Shown here: positions 36,145 through 47,205 of the stretch, piece after piece
How positions within the stretch are numbered: position 1 is the first letter of the stretch
How the letters are laid out: the number at the start of each line of letters is the position of its first letter
Assembly: GCA_903858935.1 (NCBI GenBank)
Contig: CAIOKO010000070.1
Span: 14,003-78,002, forward strand
Reading direction: 5' to 3'
Length of the DNA: 64,000 nucleotides
Source of the DNA: an uncultured Schlesneria sp.
GTDB lineage: Bacteria > Planctomycetota > Planctomycetia > Planctomycetales > Planctomycetaceae
Made by a program: the position numbers and the translations under genes
Notes under the pieces: generated by a model
What the model saw: the letters and a program-made list of their open reading frames with translations, nothing else
Databases searched by the model: none
What the model was told of the DNA's origin: nothing

Positions 36145-36954
36145 ATGGACCTTCAGTTAAGCGGTAATGTGGCTGTCATCACGGGCGGAGCGAGTGGTAT
36201 CGGGTTTGCCTGTGCAGCAGAACTGGCTCGTGAAGGTTGCCGTGTCGCCATCTGGGATGCCTCTTCGAAAAGTGCTGAGGTTTCCTCCAGGCTCAGCACA
36301 GATTGCGGAGTGATATCATTAGGTCTAACGGTCGATGTCAGCCGCCTGCAAGACGTTGAAACGGCGGCTGATCAGACGGAACAGCAACTCGGACCGGTTG
36401 ATCTGGTCGTGCATGCGGCGGCCGTCTCGTCTGGAAAATTTGGATTTCCGTTCACGAATGTCGATCCCGCCGATTGGAATCGAGTCCTCAACGTCAATAT
36501 TTTAGGAATGGTGCATGTTGCGCACGCGATCGCGCCACGAATGATTACTCGCCGAAGTGGTTCAATGGTTTTTATCGCATCGGTCGCCGGCCAGATTGGA
36601 TCTCAGACCGATCCCCCCTACAGCGCGAGCAAAGCGGCAAACATCAACTTCGCTCAATGCCTGGCTAAGGACCTGGCCCGGCACGGAATTCGTGTAAACA
36701 CCGTTTGCCCTGGGATGGTTCAAACGCCGCTGAATCAGTCGGTCTGGCAAGCCTGGAATGACCAGCAATCGCCTGAACTTCGACGCAGCTATGAGGACTG
36801 GGCGAACGAGAAAGTCCGGAATGTGATTCCTTTAGGACGCTGGCAGCGACCGGAAGATGTCGCCAATCTGGTGACATTTCTCTCGTCTGACCGTGCTTCA
36901 GAGATGACTGGCCAGACAATCAACATCGACGGTGGGTTCGTGATGCACTGGTAA
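36145..36954 (+). CDS. Short-chain dehydrogenase/reductase
   Basis: TGGASGIG, YSASK, RVNTVCPG. Confidence 0.93.
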   Translation: MDLQLSGNVAVITGGASGIGFACAAELAREGCRVAIWDASSKSAEVSSRLSTDCGVISLGLTVDVSRLQDVETAADQTEQQLGPVDLVVHAAAVSSGKFGFPFTNVDPADWNRVLNVNILGMVHVAHAIAPRMITRRSGSMVFIASVAGQIGSQTDPPYSASKAANINFAQCLAKDLARHGIRVNTVCPGMVQTPLNQSVWQAWNDQQSPELRRSYEDWANEKVRNVIPLGRWQRPEDVANLVTFLSSDRASEMTGQTINIDGGFVMHW

Positions 36955-37062
36955 CCCGATTTTTTCGCAATTTTCCGATTCCTCGATTCAGTATATCAGC
37001 ACGTGACTCGTGGTTATGATGGCTGACCTGCCCGAACTTCGCTTGACCGAAAGGATTTTTTG

Positions 37063-37527
37063 ATGAGTGCCGAAGCCCGCGTCGCCGAATTGCAACTCGA
37101 ACTTCCTCCCGCACCTAAACCAGGCGGGATTTATCATCCCGTCTTAATCGTGGGGAAGCTGGCATACGTCTCCGGACATGGCCCGCTGCGATCCGATGGT
37201 TCGATGATCACGGGAAAAGTCGGCGACACAATGACCGAAGCCGAGGCCTATCAGGCGGCGCGTCAGGTGGGTCTGACTATGCTCTCGACACTTCGTCGCG
37301 AACTCGGTTCACTCGACCGAATCGACCGACTCGTGAAAACGCTCGGCATGGTGAATTCAACACCGGATTTCGGAAGCCACCCGCAAGTCATTAACGGTTT
37401 CAGCAATCTGATGGTCGAAATCTGGGGCGAGGTTAAAGGCCGAGGGGCGCGCAGTGCCGTCGGGATGGGATCGCTTCCTGCGAACATCGCCGTGGAAGTT
37501 GAAACGATCTTTGAACTGGTCGATTGA
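37063..37527 (+). CDS. RidA family protein (YjgF/UK114)
   Basis: AYVSGHGP, INGFSNLM, ARSAVG..SLP.NIAVEVE. Confidence 0.92.
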   Translation: MSAEARVAELQLELPPAPKPGGIYHPVLIVGKLAYVSGHGPLRSDGSMITGKVGDTMTEAEAYQAARQVGLTMLSTLRRELGSLDRIDRLVKTLGMVNSTPDFGSHPQVINGFSNLMVEIWGEVKGRGARSAVGMGSLPANIAVEVETIFELVD

Positions 37528-37609
37528 CGACGCGGGCTCATGTTGGTCGCTAAAAGATTAAATTGACTGATTTATTAAACAACGGGTTAAACAACGAGAG
37601 AGTTCGGAC

Positions 37610-39103
37610 ATGGCAGAACAAGTGTATCTGGCGATCGATCTGGGTGCGGAAAGTGGTCGCGTCATGGCGGGGATGTTCGATGGTCAGCATATTCGCCTGG
37701 AAGAACTGCATCGATTTTCGAACGGTCCCGTCAACGTCGCAGATACAATGCGCTGGGACCTGCTCAGGCTATGGTCGCAGATTCAGGTCGGACTTCAAAA
37801 AGCGGCTGCCCGATTCGGACAGAACATCGTTTCCGTCGGGGTCGACACCTGGGGTGTCGATTTCGTGCTGCTCTCGAAAACCGGCGAAATGCTCGGGCAA
37901 CCCTACCACTATCGTGATGCGAGGACTCGCGGCGTGATGGATCACACGTTTCAACGTGTTCCACGTGCTGAAGTATTTGCCAACACTGGCCTGCAGTTCA
38001 TGGAAATCAATTCACTGTACCAGTTACTGGCCATGAATCAGACGAACCCGGCGCTGGTCGAAATGGCCGACAAGTTCCTGATGATTCCTGACTTCTTTCA
38101 CTGGCTGCTGTCAGGGAGTCGCGTCGTCGAGTTCACCAATGCGACCACTTCGCAAATGTATCATCCGACGAATCGAAACTGGTCGATCGACATGCTGCGA
38201 AAGCTTGGACTTCCAACGCAGATGTTCCCCGAAGTTGTCGCCCCTGGAACGAAACTGGGCCGTTTGCGTGAGGATGTCGCTCGACGAGCCGGCTTGCCTC
38301 GTCTGGAAGTTGTCGCCCCCGCCACGCATGACACAGGTGCCGCCATCGCTGCCGTCCCGACGGAACGAACGGGATCAGCGAACTGGGCCTATATCAGTTC
38401 CGGGACATGGTCGCTGATGGGTCTCGAATTGCCTCATGCCGTCCTGACGCAACGGGCACTGGAGCTGAACGTCACCAACGAAGGTGGTATCGACGGCACG
38501 TACCGCCTGCTCAAGAACATCATGGGTTTGTGGCTGGTTCAGGAATGCCGCAAGTCGTTCGAACGAAGCGGTTCGGCCTACGACTACGGGTTGCTGGCCC
38601 AGGTCGCTCGCGATGCCAGACCGTTCCGAGCGTTTGTCGATCCCGATTCCCCCGCGTTCCTGGCCCCGCATGATATGCCTGAAGCAATTCGGGACTGGTG
38701 CCGCCAGACGAATCAGGAGATTCCGGATACTGACGGAGGACTAATCCGCTGTGCTCTGGAAAGCCTGGCGCTCAAGTATCGAATGGTCCTCGGCTGGCTC
38801 GAAGAACTGTCCGGCGAGAAGACGGAAGTCATCCACATCGTTGGTGGTGGAACTCAGAATGAACTGCTTAACCAATTCACCGCCAACGCGACGGGACGCC
38901 CCGTCATTACTGGCCCGGTAGAAGCCACCGCACTCGGCAACGTCCTGGTTCAGGCACGTACCAGCGGTTCGGTTGGTTCACTGGGACAGATCCGGGACAT
39001 CGTCCGAGCCTCCTCAACGATGCAGAGGTACGAACCACAGAACACGGCACAGTGGAACGACGCCTACGGACGGTTTCTTGATCTGGTGAAACGGGCAAAA
39101 TAG
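37610..39103 (+). CDS. rhaB: Rhamnulokinase / FGGY carbohydrate kinase
   Basis: [56 protein letters not shown]. Confidence 0.9.
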   Translation: MAEQVYLAIDLGAESGRVMAGMFDGQHIRLEELHRFSNGPVNVADTMRWDLLRLWSQIQVGLQKAAARFGQNIVSVGVDTWGVDFVLLSKTGEMLGQPYHYRDARTRGVMDHTFQRVPRAEVFANTGLQFMEINSLYQLLAMNQTNPALVEMADKFLMIPDFFHWLLSGSRVVEFTNATTSQMYHPTNRNWSIDMLRKLGLPTQMFPEVVAPGTKLGRLREDVARRAGLPRLEVVAPATHDTGAAIAAVPTERTGSANWAYISSGTWSLMGLELPHAVLTQRALELNVTNEGGIDGTYRLLKNIMGLWLVQECRKSFERSGSAYDYGLLAQVARDARPFRAFVDPDSPAFLAPHDMPEAIRDWCRQTNQEIPDTDGGLIRCALESLALKYRMVLGWLEELSGEKTEVIHIVGGGTQNELLNQFTANATGRPVITGPVEATALGNVLVQARTSGSVGSLGQIRDIVRASSTMQRYEPQNTAQWNDAYGRFLDLVKRAK

Positions 39104-39131
39104 AGGAAACAAGAAAGCCGCGAAGCGTTGG

Positions 39132-39203
39132 CCCGATGCGCAAGCGAAGGATCTTCCCTTCGTTTTCACCGGATTAAGATCCCTTCCTCGCTCGAGCGTC
39201 GAG
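39132..39203. repeat. Degenerate REP-like inverted repeat
   Basis: cccgatgcgcaagcgaagg … cctcgctcgagcgtcgag imperfect arms with an inner ggatctt/aagatcc stem. Confidence 0.5.
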
Positions 39204-39244
39204 ATATGGAATCAATCACGTTTTTGGCACCCAAAGAAGGCGAG

Positions 39245-39276
39245 AGGCCGGTACGCTGCGGGCAACGTACCGGCCT
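39245..39276. other. Perfect 11-bp stem hairpin (aggccggtacg-N10-cgtaccggcct)
   Basis: Directly visible; no U-tract. Confidence 0.6.
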
Positions 39277-39737
39277 GTGTAGGCGGAAAGTCGAGGTGTG
39301 CTGTAGGCGGGTGCTTGGCCTGTCTCCCTCAGGCCGGCAGGATGTATGAATCTCGAACTACTGAAGAGTAGTTGCGTGAATCACTTGGGTGATTGTTCAC
39401 TCCGATGCTGACTAAAGCAGTCGGCGTGCCAAAAGAATGTTTCTTGAAACAATTTTTCGTAGAATAACGAATTCCCCTGAAAAACAGCCTGTTTTCAAGC
39501 AGGAACTCAGCCGCTTTCGGGTGACGACCGTTTTTGAAGCCCGCGAATTGTAACGCTTACAAGCATTCTCGATTGAAAAAGTTGCAAAAGGAGGGTGCAG
39601 CGGTGCTTTTGGACGGCGACGCATCAACTAACTAGAATGTGAAGTCGCGAAACGAACGGCTCACGTCTTGCAGACGATGCAAGCTGTCGAACGTAAAATG
39701 AAAACGCTTCGAAAACTCTTTCTCAGGATACGCTCCT

Positions 39738-40925
39738 TTGTCAGTACCCTTAAAGTTACTCAAAGACCTGATCGCCATCCCCAGTGTGAACCCGATGGGA
39801 CGAGACATCTCGGGACCTGAGTACTTCGAAACGCGGGTCACGGAATACCTTGTCCATTATCTGACAGATTTACGCGTTCCGTTTGAACAAGTGGACATCG
39901 TTGCGGGACGGTCGAATGTGCTGGCTCGCCTCGACTCGCCAGGAGCAACCAGGACGGTGTTGCTGGATGCTCATCAAGACACGGTTCCCGTTGATGGAAT
40001 GACGATCGCCCCGTTTGATCCGATCGAGCAATCAGGCCGCCTTTACGGTCGCGGATCTTGTGATGTTAAAGGTGGCCTTGCGGCGATGTTGGCGGCGTTC
40101 ACTCGCCTGGCTCTTGAACGGCCCGCCGGGATGCCGAATGTCGTTTTGTCGATGACGTGCGACGAAGAATCGACAAGTATTGGCATCAATCATCTGACGG
40201 ACAGCTGGTCCGGAAAGACTGTGCCCTATCGACTGTGCCCTGTCCGGCCGGATGTCGCGATCGTGGCCGAACCAACAGAGCTTGATATCGTCGTGGCTCA
40301 TCGCGGAGCAACTCGCTGGAAAATGCGAACAACCGGTCGAGCCTGTCATAGTTCACGTCCCCATGAAGGGATCAACGCGATCTATCGCATGGCAAAGGTG
40401 GTCGCATATCTGGAAGAGTACGCAGCCTGGTTACCCGGCTCGCGACCTGCTCATCCACTCTGCGGCCCGGCAACACTGAGTGTCGGTCGAATCGACGGCG
40501 GAAGCAGCGTTAACATCGTTCCTGACGCATGTACGATTGAAATTGATCGCCGAGTCATTCCTGGTGAAGACCGGTTTGGCGTCATCGACGAACTTGCTGA
40601 ATACCTGCGATCTCGACTCGACTTTGAAGTGATCCATGATGCGCCCTATTGCGCCAGCCCGGCACTCGGTGACGATAATAACAGCAAGTTGTCACACGAA
40701 TTAATGCAAGCCATTGAGGCAGTTGTCGGCCCGCGAAAAACGATCGGCGTCCCCTATGGAACTCACGCATCTCGCTTTGCCAGGGCAGATGTCCCGTCCG
40801 TCGTGTTCGGCCCCGGCAACATCGCTCAAGCTCATACGAAAGACGAATGGATCGAGATTTCACAACTCGATCAAGCAGCCGAAATCTACTTCCAGTTCTG
40901 CGTACGTTCGGTATCTCACGCTTAG
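39738..40925 (+). CDS. M20 family metallopeptidase (ArgE/DapE-like)
   Basis: DAHQDTVP, GRGSCDVKGG, DEE, AEPT, GPGNIAQAHT.DEW. Confidence 0.93.
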   Translation: MSVPLKLLKDLIAIPSVNPMGRDISGPEYFETRVTEYLVHYLTDLRVPFEQVDIVAGRSNVLARLDSPGATRTVLLDAHQDTVPVDGMTIAPFDPIEQSGRLYGRGSCDVKGGLAAMLAAFTRLALERPAGMPNVVLSMTCDEESTSIGINHLTDSWSGKTVPYRLCPVRPDVAIVAEPTELDIVVAHRGATRWKMRTTGRACHSSRPHEGINAIYRMAKVVAYLEEYAAWLPGSRPAHPLCGPATLSVGRIDGGSSVNIVPDACTIEIDRRVIPGEDRFGVIDELAEYLRSRLDFEVIHDAPYCASPALGDDNNSKLSHELMQAIEAVVGPRKTIGVPYGTHASRFARADVPSVVFGPGNIAQAHTKDEWIEISQLDQAAEIYFQFCVRSVSHA

Positions 40926-41225
40926 TAAGACAACTTGGTGACAGGTTTTTTGGTGGTGAATTCTCAGTGAATCAGGTTTGGGAAAGCGATGTGACATTGC
41001 CTGTTTATTTGGCATTTGTTCGCGCAGTAGGCGACGTGCCGAGCAGCAGGTACGACGAGTGCAGAAATTTCGGGACTTTGGCCGTTGCGATTGGAGCTGT
41101 TGCACGTATGCAAACCTGAATTCGGAATTTTCTGTGCAGACTCCTTGTCGCATGAGATAGGCGACCCTATTGTGTCCTGAGAATTCGATCCAGTTTGCTT
41201 GGCAATCCGGCGTGGATGGAGCGAG

Positions 41226-41555
41226 ATGAAGAGCGGTTTTAAACCGGGCGATCCAGTGATCTTCAGGATCACGAAACAAAGTACCGATCCCGGTCCGCGC
41301 GCCGTCGATATCCACCCGGCTCCTGCTGGCGAAATGTATTCGTATCAAATCGACAAATTCTGGACCGTGATTGAAGTCCTAACCGATGGAAAGGTGAAGC
41401 TGGTGACCCGTCGAGGCAAGCAGCGTACCGTCGCGGTCGACGATTTTCGTTTAAGGCACGCTCGGTGGTGGGAGCGATGGCTTTATCGAGACCGCTTTCC
41501 GAAGTTGTCTGAACTCAAGGATCTGCCGTTACGCCCGGATTCTTCGGCGGAATGA
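41226..41555 (+). CDS. Hypothetical protein
   Basis: PGD.VIFR..K.ST.PGPRA…TRRGK…LR.A.WWER; GGAG RBS. Confidence 0.7.
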   Translation: MKSGFKPGDPVIFRITKQSTDPGPRAVDIHPAPAGEMYSYQIDKFWTVIEVLTDGKVKLVTRRGKQRTVAVDDFRLRHARWWERWLYRDRFPKLSELKDLPLRPDSSAE

Positions 41556-41621
41556 CGCTCTCGTTCCGTCTTCAATTGATTGGGAGTCCGCCCACGATTC
41601 ATACGCTTTGGAGTTTCGACA

Positions 41622-42383
41622 ATGAATTTAAGTGATCTCACCTGGCCCGAAGTCGCAGCGCTGTCGCGTGATCTGCCTGTCGTCATTCCCGTCGCAGCGC
41701 TTGAGCAGCACGGTCACCACTTGCCGGTTTTTACCGACAGCATGCTGCTCGGCGAAGTTGTTCGTCGCGTCAGCGAATCCATGAAACAACGGGTTTTGTT
41801 CACGCCGCTGATGTGGCTGGGAAATTCGCACCACCACATGGATTTTCCCGGAACGATGTCGGCCAGCCCGCGAGTTTACCTCGATCTCTTGAATGACCTG
41901 GTCGAAAACATGCTGTCACACGGGTTTCGCAGGATTGTGTTGTTAAATGGGCATGGCGGAAATTCGACACCGGGCAAACAGGCGGTCTTTGAGATCCGCC
42001 AGCGGCACCGCACTCGAAAAGATTTGTTGCTGTTGTTTGCCACTTACTGGGAACACGGAACCCCGAACCAGGTTCGCTCGGATCTTGTCCAGACTCAAAT
42101 GGGACACGCATGCGAGTGGGAAACGTCAATGATCATGAGGCTGGCACCTCAATTGGTAAAAGACATCAATCAAGTCAAGCCGGTTGAGTTCGGGTTTGCT
42201 TTTGAGCCAGCTTACCGAGGCTGGACAACAAAGGATCGTACGGCTCCCGGTCATATTGGACAGCCGAACGCAGCAACACCGGAAAAAGGAGAGGCGTTGT
42301 TTCAGGCGTTTTCCACTGGAGTCAGTCAGTTCCTTGAGCAGGTCATCGCGTGGGATGGCCATAGTTGGGAAATGTCAAAATGA
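41622..42383 (+). CDS. Creatininase family protein
   Basis: EQHGHHLP..TD, SHHH.DFPGT, NGHGGN, HACEWETS. Confidence 0.92.
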   Translation: MNLSDLTWPEVAALSRDLPVVIPVAALEQHGHHLPVFTDSMLLGEVVRRVSESMKQRVLFTPLMWLGNSHHHMDFPGTMSASPRVYLDLLNDLVENMLSHGFRRIVLLNGHGGNSTPGKQAVFEIRQRHRTRKDLLLLFATYWEHGTPNQVRSDLVQTQMGHACEWETSMIMRLAPQLVKDINQVKPVEFGFAFEPAYRGWTTKDRTAPGHIGQPNAATPEKGEALFQAFSTGVSQFLEQVIAWDGHSWEMSK

Positions 42384-42399
42384 TCATTTTTGGTGAGAA

Positions 42400-43296
42400 A
42401 TGCCGTATTTCTGGTTCTCGGTAATCTGTCTAATCTGGGGCAGCAGCTTCATTTTGATGAAGCGCGCCATGGAATGCCTCTCGCCGATTGGTGTCGGTGC
42501 GGGTCGTGCCATTGGCGGAACGCTCGTGCTTGCACTGATCTTTCTGATTTTGAAGCAACCCTGGACCATTCGGCGAAGTAACCTGTTGCCATTGATGGGG
42601 GTTGTCTTTTTGGGGTTTGTCTGGCCGCACTCGATCCAACCGGAGCTGGTGGCTCGACACGGCGGCGCGTTCGTCGGACTGACCGTCGGTCTCACTCCCT
42701 TGCTGACAATTCTGGTCTCAATTCCAATTCTTGGCATCTGGCCAACATTCCGGCAAACGATCGGAGTGATCGGAGCACTGGTGTGTCTGATGGCCTTGAT
42801 GTTTGATTACGGACGTCAGTCGGTTCCCATTGCCGATATCCTTCTGGCAATCAGTGTCCCGCTGACTTACTCAACCGCCAACAGTATTATCCGGCGATAT
42901 CTTCGGCACCTTCCACCGCTTGAGTTAACGCTGATCTGTCTGGCCACTGCGGGAAGCATCCTGTTGCCACTCGCAATGGCCGTTCGTAACCATCGGACGG
43001 CAAATCTGGATCAACTCGGTTCCGCATTGCTGGCTGTGGGACTACTGGGAGTCGTCGGTACGGGGATCGCAACGTTTCTTTTTAACCGCCTGGTTCAAGA
43101 TCAGGGACCACTCTTCGCCGGTATGACCACGAACCTTGTCCCGATCGGTGCCGTCATGTGGGGTCGAGCTGACGGCGAGCGCATCACCATGGTCCAGATA
43201 CTTGCCTTAGTAGGCATCCTGGTGATGGTGACCTACGTGCAGACCGCACCCCGAAAGTTGCCGGAAGTAATTGAAGAGGCGAGCCCGGCAAAATAA
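42400..43296 (+). CDS. DMT/EamA family transporter
   Basis: IWGSSF start and ~10 TM helices in two repeats. Confidence 0.9.
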   Translation: MPYFWFSVICLIWGSSFILMKRAMECLSPIGVGAGRAIGGTLVLALIFLILKQPWTIRRSNLLPLMGVVFLGFVWPHSIQPELVARHGGAFVGLTVGLTPLLTILVSIPILGIWPTFRQTIGVIGALVCLMALMFDYGRQSVPIADILLAISVPLTYSTANSIIRRYLRHLPPLELTLICLATAGSILLPLAMAVRNHRTANLDQLGSALLAVGLLGVVGTGIATFLFNRLVQDQGPLFAGMTTNLVPIGAVMWGRADGERITMVQILALVGILVMVTYVQTAPRKLPEVIEEASPAK

Positions 43297-43367
43297 ACCA
43301 ATTGATTACGTAAACAGCTCGATGCAAGCCTCGCAGTCCCAGATTCTAAAGCGGATATGCGAGTGAC

Positions 43368-44060
43368 TTAGTCGTCGCGCGAACCATTCAACAGACCTGC
43401 CCTGAACAGATAATAAAGCAGTACCGACAATGAACTGATTGCCGCCGCGACGTATGTCAGTGCTGCCGCATCGAGAACCCGGTCAATTCCCACGCGTTCT
43501 TCTCGCTGAATGATTCCCGCTTCGACGACCAGCCGTTTTGCCCGGGCCGAGGCATCAAATTCCACGGGAAGTGTCACGATCTGAAACAGCAGTACCAATG
43601 AGAAAATCGCTGCACCCAGCACCACCACCAATGGGTGCAGAAACAGCCCCACACCCATCACGATGTATCCGAGTGTAGAACCAATCCCCGCTGCCGGGAC
43701 CAGCGCCGAACGAAGTCCAAGCGGAAGATACCCATGAGCATGCTGAAGCGCATGTCCCGCTTCGTGAGTGGCAACCCCGACTGACGCCACCGATCGACCG
43801 TGAAACACGTCGTGTGAGAGGGCCAAATGCCGAGATACAGGGTCATAGTGATCGGACAGGTAACCGTCCGTCTCGACAATCTCCACATCGGTCAAGCCAG
43901 CCGCGTCCAACAGATGTCGAGCCGATTCGGCACCGGACATACCGCGCATTGTTCCCACCTTTGAATAGTGGTCAAACGCGGTACGAACCCGGTAACTGGC
44001 CCACAGCGAAAGAAGCAGCCCAGGAGCAGCAAACAACAGGTAAATCGGGTCAAACATCAT
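43368..44060 (-). CDS. Putative neutral zinc metallopeptidase (YugP-like)
   Basis: LSDHYDP, ATHEAGHALQH (HExxH), TLPVEFDASARA, AAALTYVAAA. Confidence 0.93.
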   Translation of the reverse strand: MMFDPIYLLFAAPGLLLSLWASYRVRTAFDHYSKVGTMRGMSGAESARHLLDAAGLTDVEIVETDGYLSDHYDPVSRHLALSHDVFHGRSVASVGVATHEAGHALQHAHGYLPLGLRSALVPAAGIGSTLGYIVMGVGLFLHPLVVVLGAAIFSLVLLFQIVTLPVEFDASARAKRLVVEAGIIQREERVGIDRVLDAAALTYVAAAISSLSVLLYYLFRAGLLNGSRDD

Positions 44061-44167
44061 CGTCGTAAACCTGGAAATTCCTTTGAATTCGTGAAAACAA
44101 GACTCAATGAATGTCAACGAAGATGCGAGCCTGTCGGATCACAAAGATTCGACAGAATCGACATTGA

Positions 44168-45112
44168 TTATTTCAAATGCCGATCGAACCAATCAGCAAA
44201 GGCGGTAATATCCTCGCTGGATTTCCAGAAATCACCCCAGCCATGGCCTTTTCCAACACGAACGATCAGCTCAACGTTCGCGACACCTGCGGCACGGGCT
44301 TTGGCAACAAAACTTTCAGACTGCTGAATTGGAACAACTTCGTCGCGATCACCGTGGATGATCAGGGTCGGAGGCAATTTGCCGGTCACGTAGCTAATCG
44401 GCGAGATTTCACGACCGAGTTGTTCGCGGCCCTCAGCCGTGAGAGCCAACGGGCCGAACGCGACCTGCAACGGCGCCAGCGGACCCGCACCTGCTCCGTT
44501 GATTCCAGGTGCGCCGTAATTCAGAAAATCGGTGGGAGGAAAGAAACAGGCTGCTGCTTGAACGACACTGCTTTCCCGTTCCACCGGGTCGGGCGAATCA
44601 CTGTTTCCCGGACCACCACGCGTAGCAGCCGACAGGGTCAGATGTCCACCCGAACTGGCGCCCAATACACCCAGACGATCAGGTTTGACTCCATACTGAG
44701 CCGCGTTTCGCCGAACGAAACGAACGGCCCGCAGCACATCTTCAATTTCTTCTGAAACAGTGAACTTCGGCTGTGAGCTCGTCACAACGGCGAACATCGT
44801 GTAACCCCGATCAAGAAAGACCCGATAGTCTTCCGGTCGGACTGTCACCATCATTGGCGTTGATTTGCTCGACAGCCAACCTCCGTTCACGAGAAACAGT
44901 AGCCCCGCTCCGTTCGGTTTGGCTGGCTGAAAAACATCCAACGTCAATGTCATGCCGAATTTCCGTCCGTAAATCACGTCTTCCGTCCGTCGAACCGGTT
45001 CGTCACAACGAACGATTTTGGGCTGCCAGACGACCATCGCCAACATCGACAGCAGGCAAAGTTTCATTTTCACTGTTGTTGGCCTTTTCCAGATAAATTT
45101 CGGAAGGTCCAT
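44168..45112 (-). CDS. Alpha/beta hydrolase (BD-FAE-type esterase)
   Basis: GASSGGHL nucleophile, IHGDRDEVVP, GHGW. Confidence 0.9.
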   Translation of the reverse strand: MDLPKFIWKRPTTVKMKLCLLSMLAMVVWQPKIVRCDEPVRRTEDVIYGRKFGMTLTLDVFQPAKPNGAGLLFLVNGGWLSSKSTPMMVTVRPEDYRVFLDRGYTMFAVVTSSQPKFTVSEEIEDVLRAVRFVRRNAAQYGVKPDRLGVLGASSGGHLTLSAATRGGPGNSDSPDPVERESSVVQAAACFFPPTDFLNYGAPGINGAGAGPLAPLQVAFGPLALTAEGREQLGREISPISYVTGKLPPTLIIHGDRDEVVPIQQSESFVAKARAAGVANVELIVRVGKGHGWGDFWKSSEDITAFADWFDRHLK

Positions 45113-45245
45113 GCCTCACTACGTGAATTGTTCACCGAGGCTCAAACTTCTATTCATGCGGGGATTTCGATCCATGCCGCTCTTGAAACAATTCTTATCA
45201 GTCGGTGATCACAAATGAAGTGACGTGTTGACCACACTTGAAACC

Positions 45246-46148
45246 TCAACTTCCAAACAATTCGGCTGCGATGGATACTGTTTGGAAGTGACAATCGACG
45301 ATCTGATGGATGTCAGGGCAATAGCCGCCCGCCATTGATACCGCAACCGGAACAGACTTTTCGCGGCAGGTTTGCAGGACCATTCGGTCGCGAGCCGCCA
45401 GACCTTCCAGTGTTAGCGCCAGACGACCCAGCCGATCACCGTGATACGGATCAGCTCCCGCCAGAAAGACTGCAAGGTTAGGAGCCGACTCGCGAAACGC
45501 CGTGGTTAACCCGTGCTTCAGTGCGGCAAGATAATCTGCGTCGCCTGTGCCGTCTGGTAAACCGATATCGAGATCGCTGATTTCTTTGGGCTGGGGATAG
45601 TTTCGTTCACTGTGAATGGAAAAGGCGTAAATCGACGGGTCATTTCGAACAATCGACGCGGTTCCGTTCCCCTGATGAACGTCACAATCAATAATCAAGA
45701 CGTTTGATGCCAAGCCGTTCGACTGCAGGTCGCGCGCGGCGACAACGCTGTCATTGAACAGACAAAAGCCTTCCGCTCGATCCCGATAGGCGTGATGCGT
45801 GCCTCCCGCCAAGTTAACGGAACATCCGTCGTCTTGAGCAGAGCGGCAGGCCGAGATCGTGGCACCGGACGATCTTCGGGAGCGTTCGACCAGTTGGGGC
45901 GACCAGGGAAAACCAAGCCGCCTGATTTCGATCTCGCTGAGTTGCCCCGTCGTCACACGCTCGATGTATTCGGCGGAATGAGCTCGTAAAAGTTGCTCGT
46001 CAGTCGCTGCTGGCGGTCGAAGAAGTTCATGACGTTCGGCCAATCTATGGCGGACGATTCGTTCCCGTAATAGCGCGTATTTCTGCATGGGAAACCGATG
46101 AGTCGGTGGCAATGGAAGTACAAATTCGTCGGTGTAATAAAGTCGCAT
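45246..46148 (-). CDS. Histone deacetylase family protein
   Basis: [42 protein letters not shown]. Confidence 0.95.
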   Translation of the reverse strand: MRLYYTDEFVLPLPPTHRFPMQKYALLRERIVRHRLAERHELLRPPAATDEQLLRAHSAEYIERVTTGQLSEIEIRRLGFPWSPQLVERSRRSSGATISACRSAQDDGCSVNLAGGTHHAYRDRAEGFCLFNDSVVAARDLQSNGLASNVLIIDCDVHQGNGTASIVRNDPSIYAFSIHSERNYPQPKEISDLDIGLPDGTGDADYLAALKHGLTTAFRESAPNLAVFLAGADPYHGDRLGRLALTLEGLAARDRMVLQTCREKSVPVAVSMAGGYCPDIHQIVDCHFQTVSIAAELFGS

Positions 46149-46266
46149 CTTTTCCAGATCGCCTGACAAATCATGTCATAAATTGTGTCGAACACGGATA
46201 GCAAGTATATTCTTTGGGCGCGCCATTTACCTAAATATTGTTTGCAGAAGTACCAGGTCTAAACAG

Positions 46267-47199
46267 ATGGAACAATTGCTCAGTCCGCAGGTTCAACAAT
46301 TCCTGAGAGATGTATTCCGTCTCTCAGTATGGCTGACCATTCTGACGGTGATCTTTGTTCCTCTGGAGCGACTGTTCGCAGTCCATCCGCAAAAGATCGT
46401 TCGCAGGCAGATTGTCACCGATCTGGGCTACTATTTTCTAAGCAGTCTTTTACCGGCCGTGTTACTCAGTTATCCCATCGCATTGCTGGCATGGTCGGTA
46501 CATCAAACGATTCCGGAAACTTTTCTGCAGACGATGGTAACACTGCCGCTTTGGGCAAAAACTGTCATTGGACTGGTCGCCACAGAAGTGGGATATTACT
46601 GGGGCCATCGCCTGAGTCACGAAATTCCATTTCTCTGGAAATTCCATGCGATCCACCACAGTGCCGAACAGATTGATTATCTCGTCAATACTCGCGCCCA
46701 TCCGATCGATATGGTGTTCGGACGTTTCTGTGGTTTCATACCACTTTACGTTCTGGGATTAGGCGGACCGACAGGGGCCAACGAGAGTCTCGTCCCGGTT
46801 ATCGTGACCTTGATTGGAACCGTCTGGGGGTTCTTCATTCACGCGAATCTGTGGTGGCGATTTGGGCCGCTGGAATGGCTGATTTCCACTCCAGCATTTC
46901 ATCACTGGCACCATACCAAGACACCAATTAATCGAAACTACGCCTCGACACTTCCGTGGATCGACATCCTCTTCGGAACTTTTTATCTGCCAAGGCGAGA
47001 ATTTCCGACGGCATACGGCATCAAGGCCAAAATACCCGATTCACTGGTGGATCAATTGTTCTATCCACTGGAACGTAGCACTTCAGTCTCCGCGTCACCG
47101 CAAGCGGCAACAACCGACGCGGCGAATTCATCTGCGAGTCACAAGGAAGGCGCCATGGAAATGGCTGCCGGGACTGAATCCCCCTCGACGTCGGATTGA
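46267..47199 (+). CDS. Sterol desaturase / fatty acid hydroxylase family protein
   Basis: His boxes HRLSH, HAIHH, FIHAN, HHWHH. Confidence 0.9.
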   Translation: MEQLLSPQVQQFLRDVFRLSVWLTILTVIFVPLERLFAVHPQKIVRRQIVTDLGYYFLSSLLPAVLLSYPIALLAWSVHQTIPETFLQTMVTLPLWAKTVIGLVATEVGYYWGHRLSHEIPFLWKFHAIHHSAEQIDYLVNTRAHPIDMVFGRFCGFIPLYVLGLGGPTGANESLVPVIVTLIGTVWGFFIHANLWWRFGPLEWLISTPAFHHWHHTKTPINRNYASTLPWIDILFGTFYLPRREFPTAYGIKAKIPDSLVDQLFYPLERSTSVSASPQAATTDAANSSASHKEGAMEMAAGTESPSTSD

Positions 47200-47205
47200 C
47201 GTCGA

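Noticed and set aside
40926-41225. Cys-containing short ORFs (40978-41160, 40860-41348)
   Set aside because: Mutually overlapping frames with no RBS or motif; likely the promoter region of the 41226 gene
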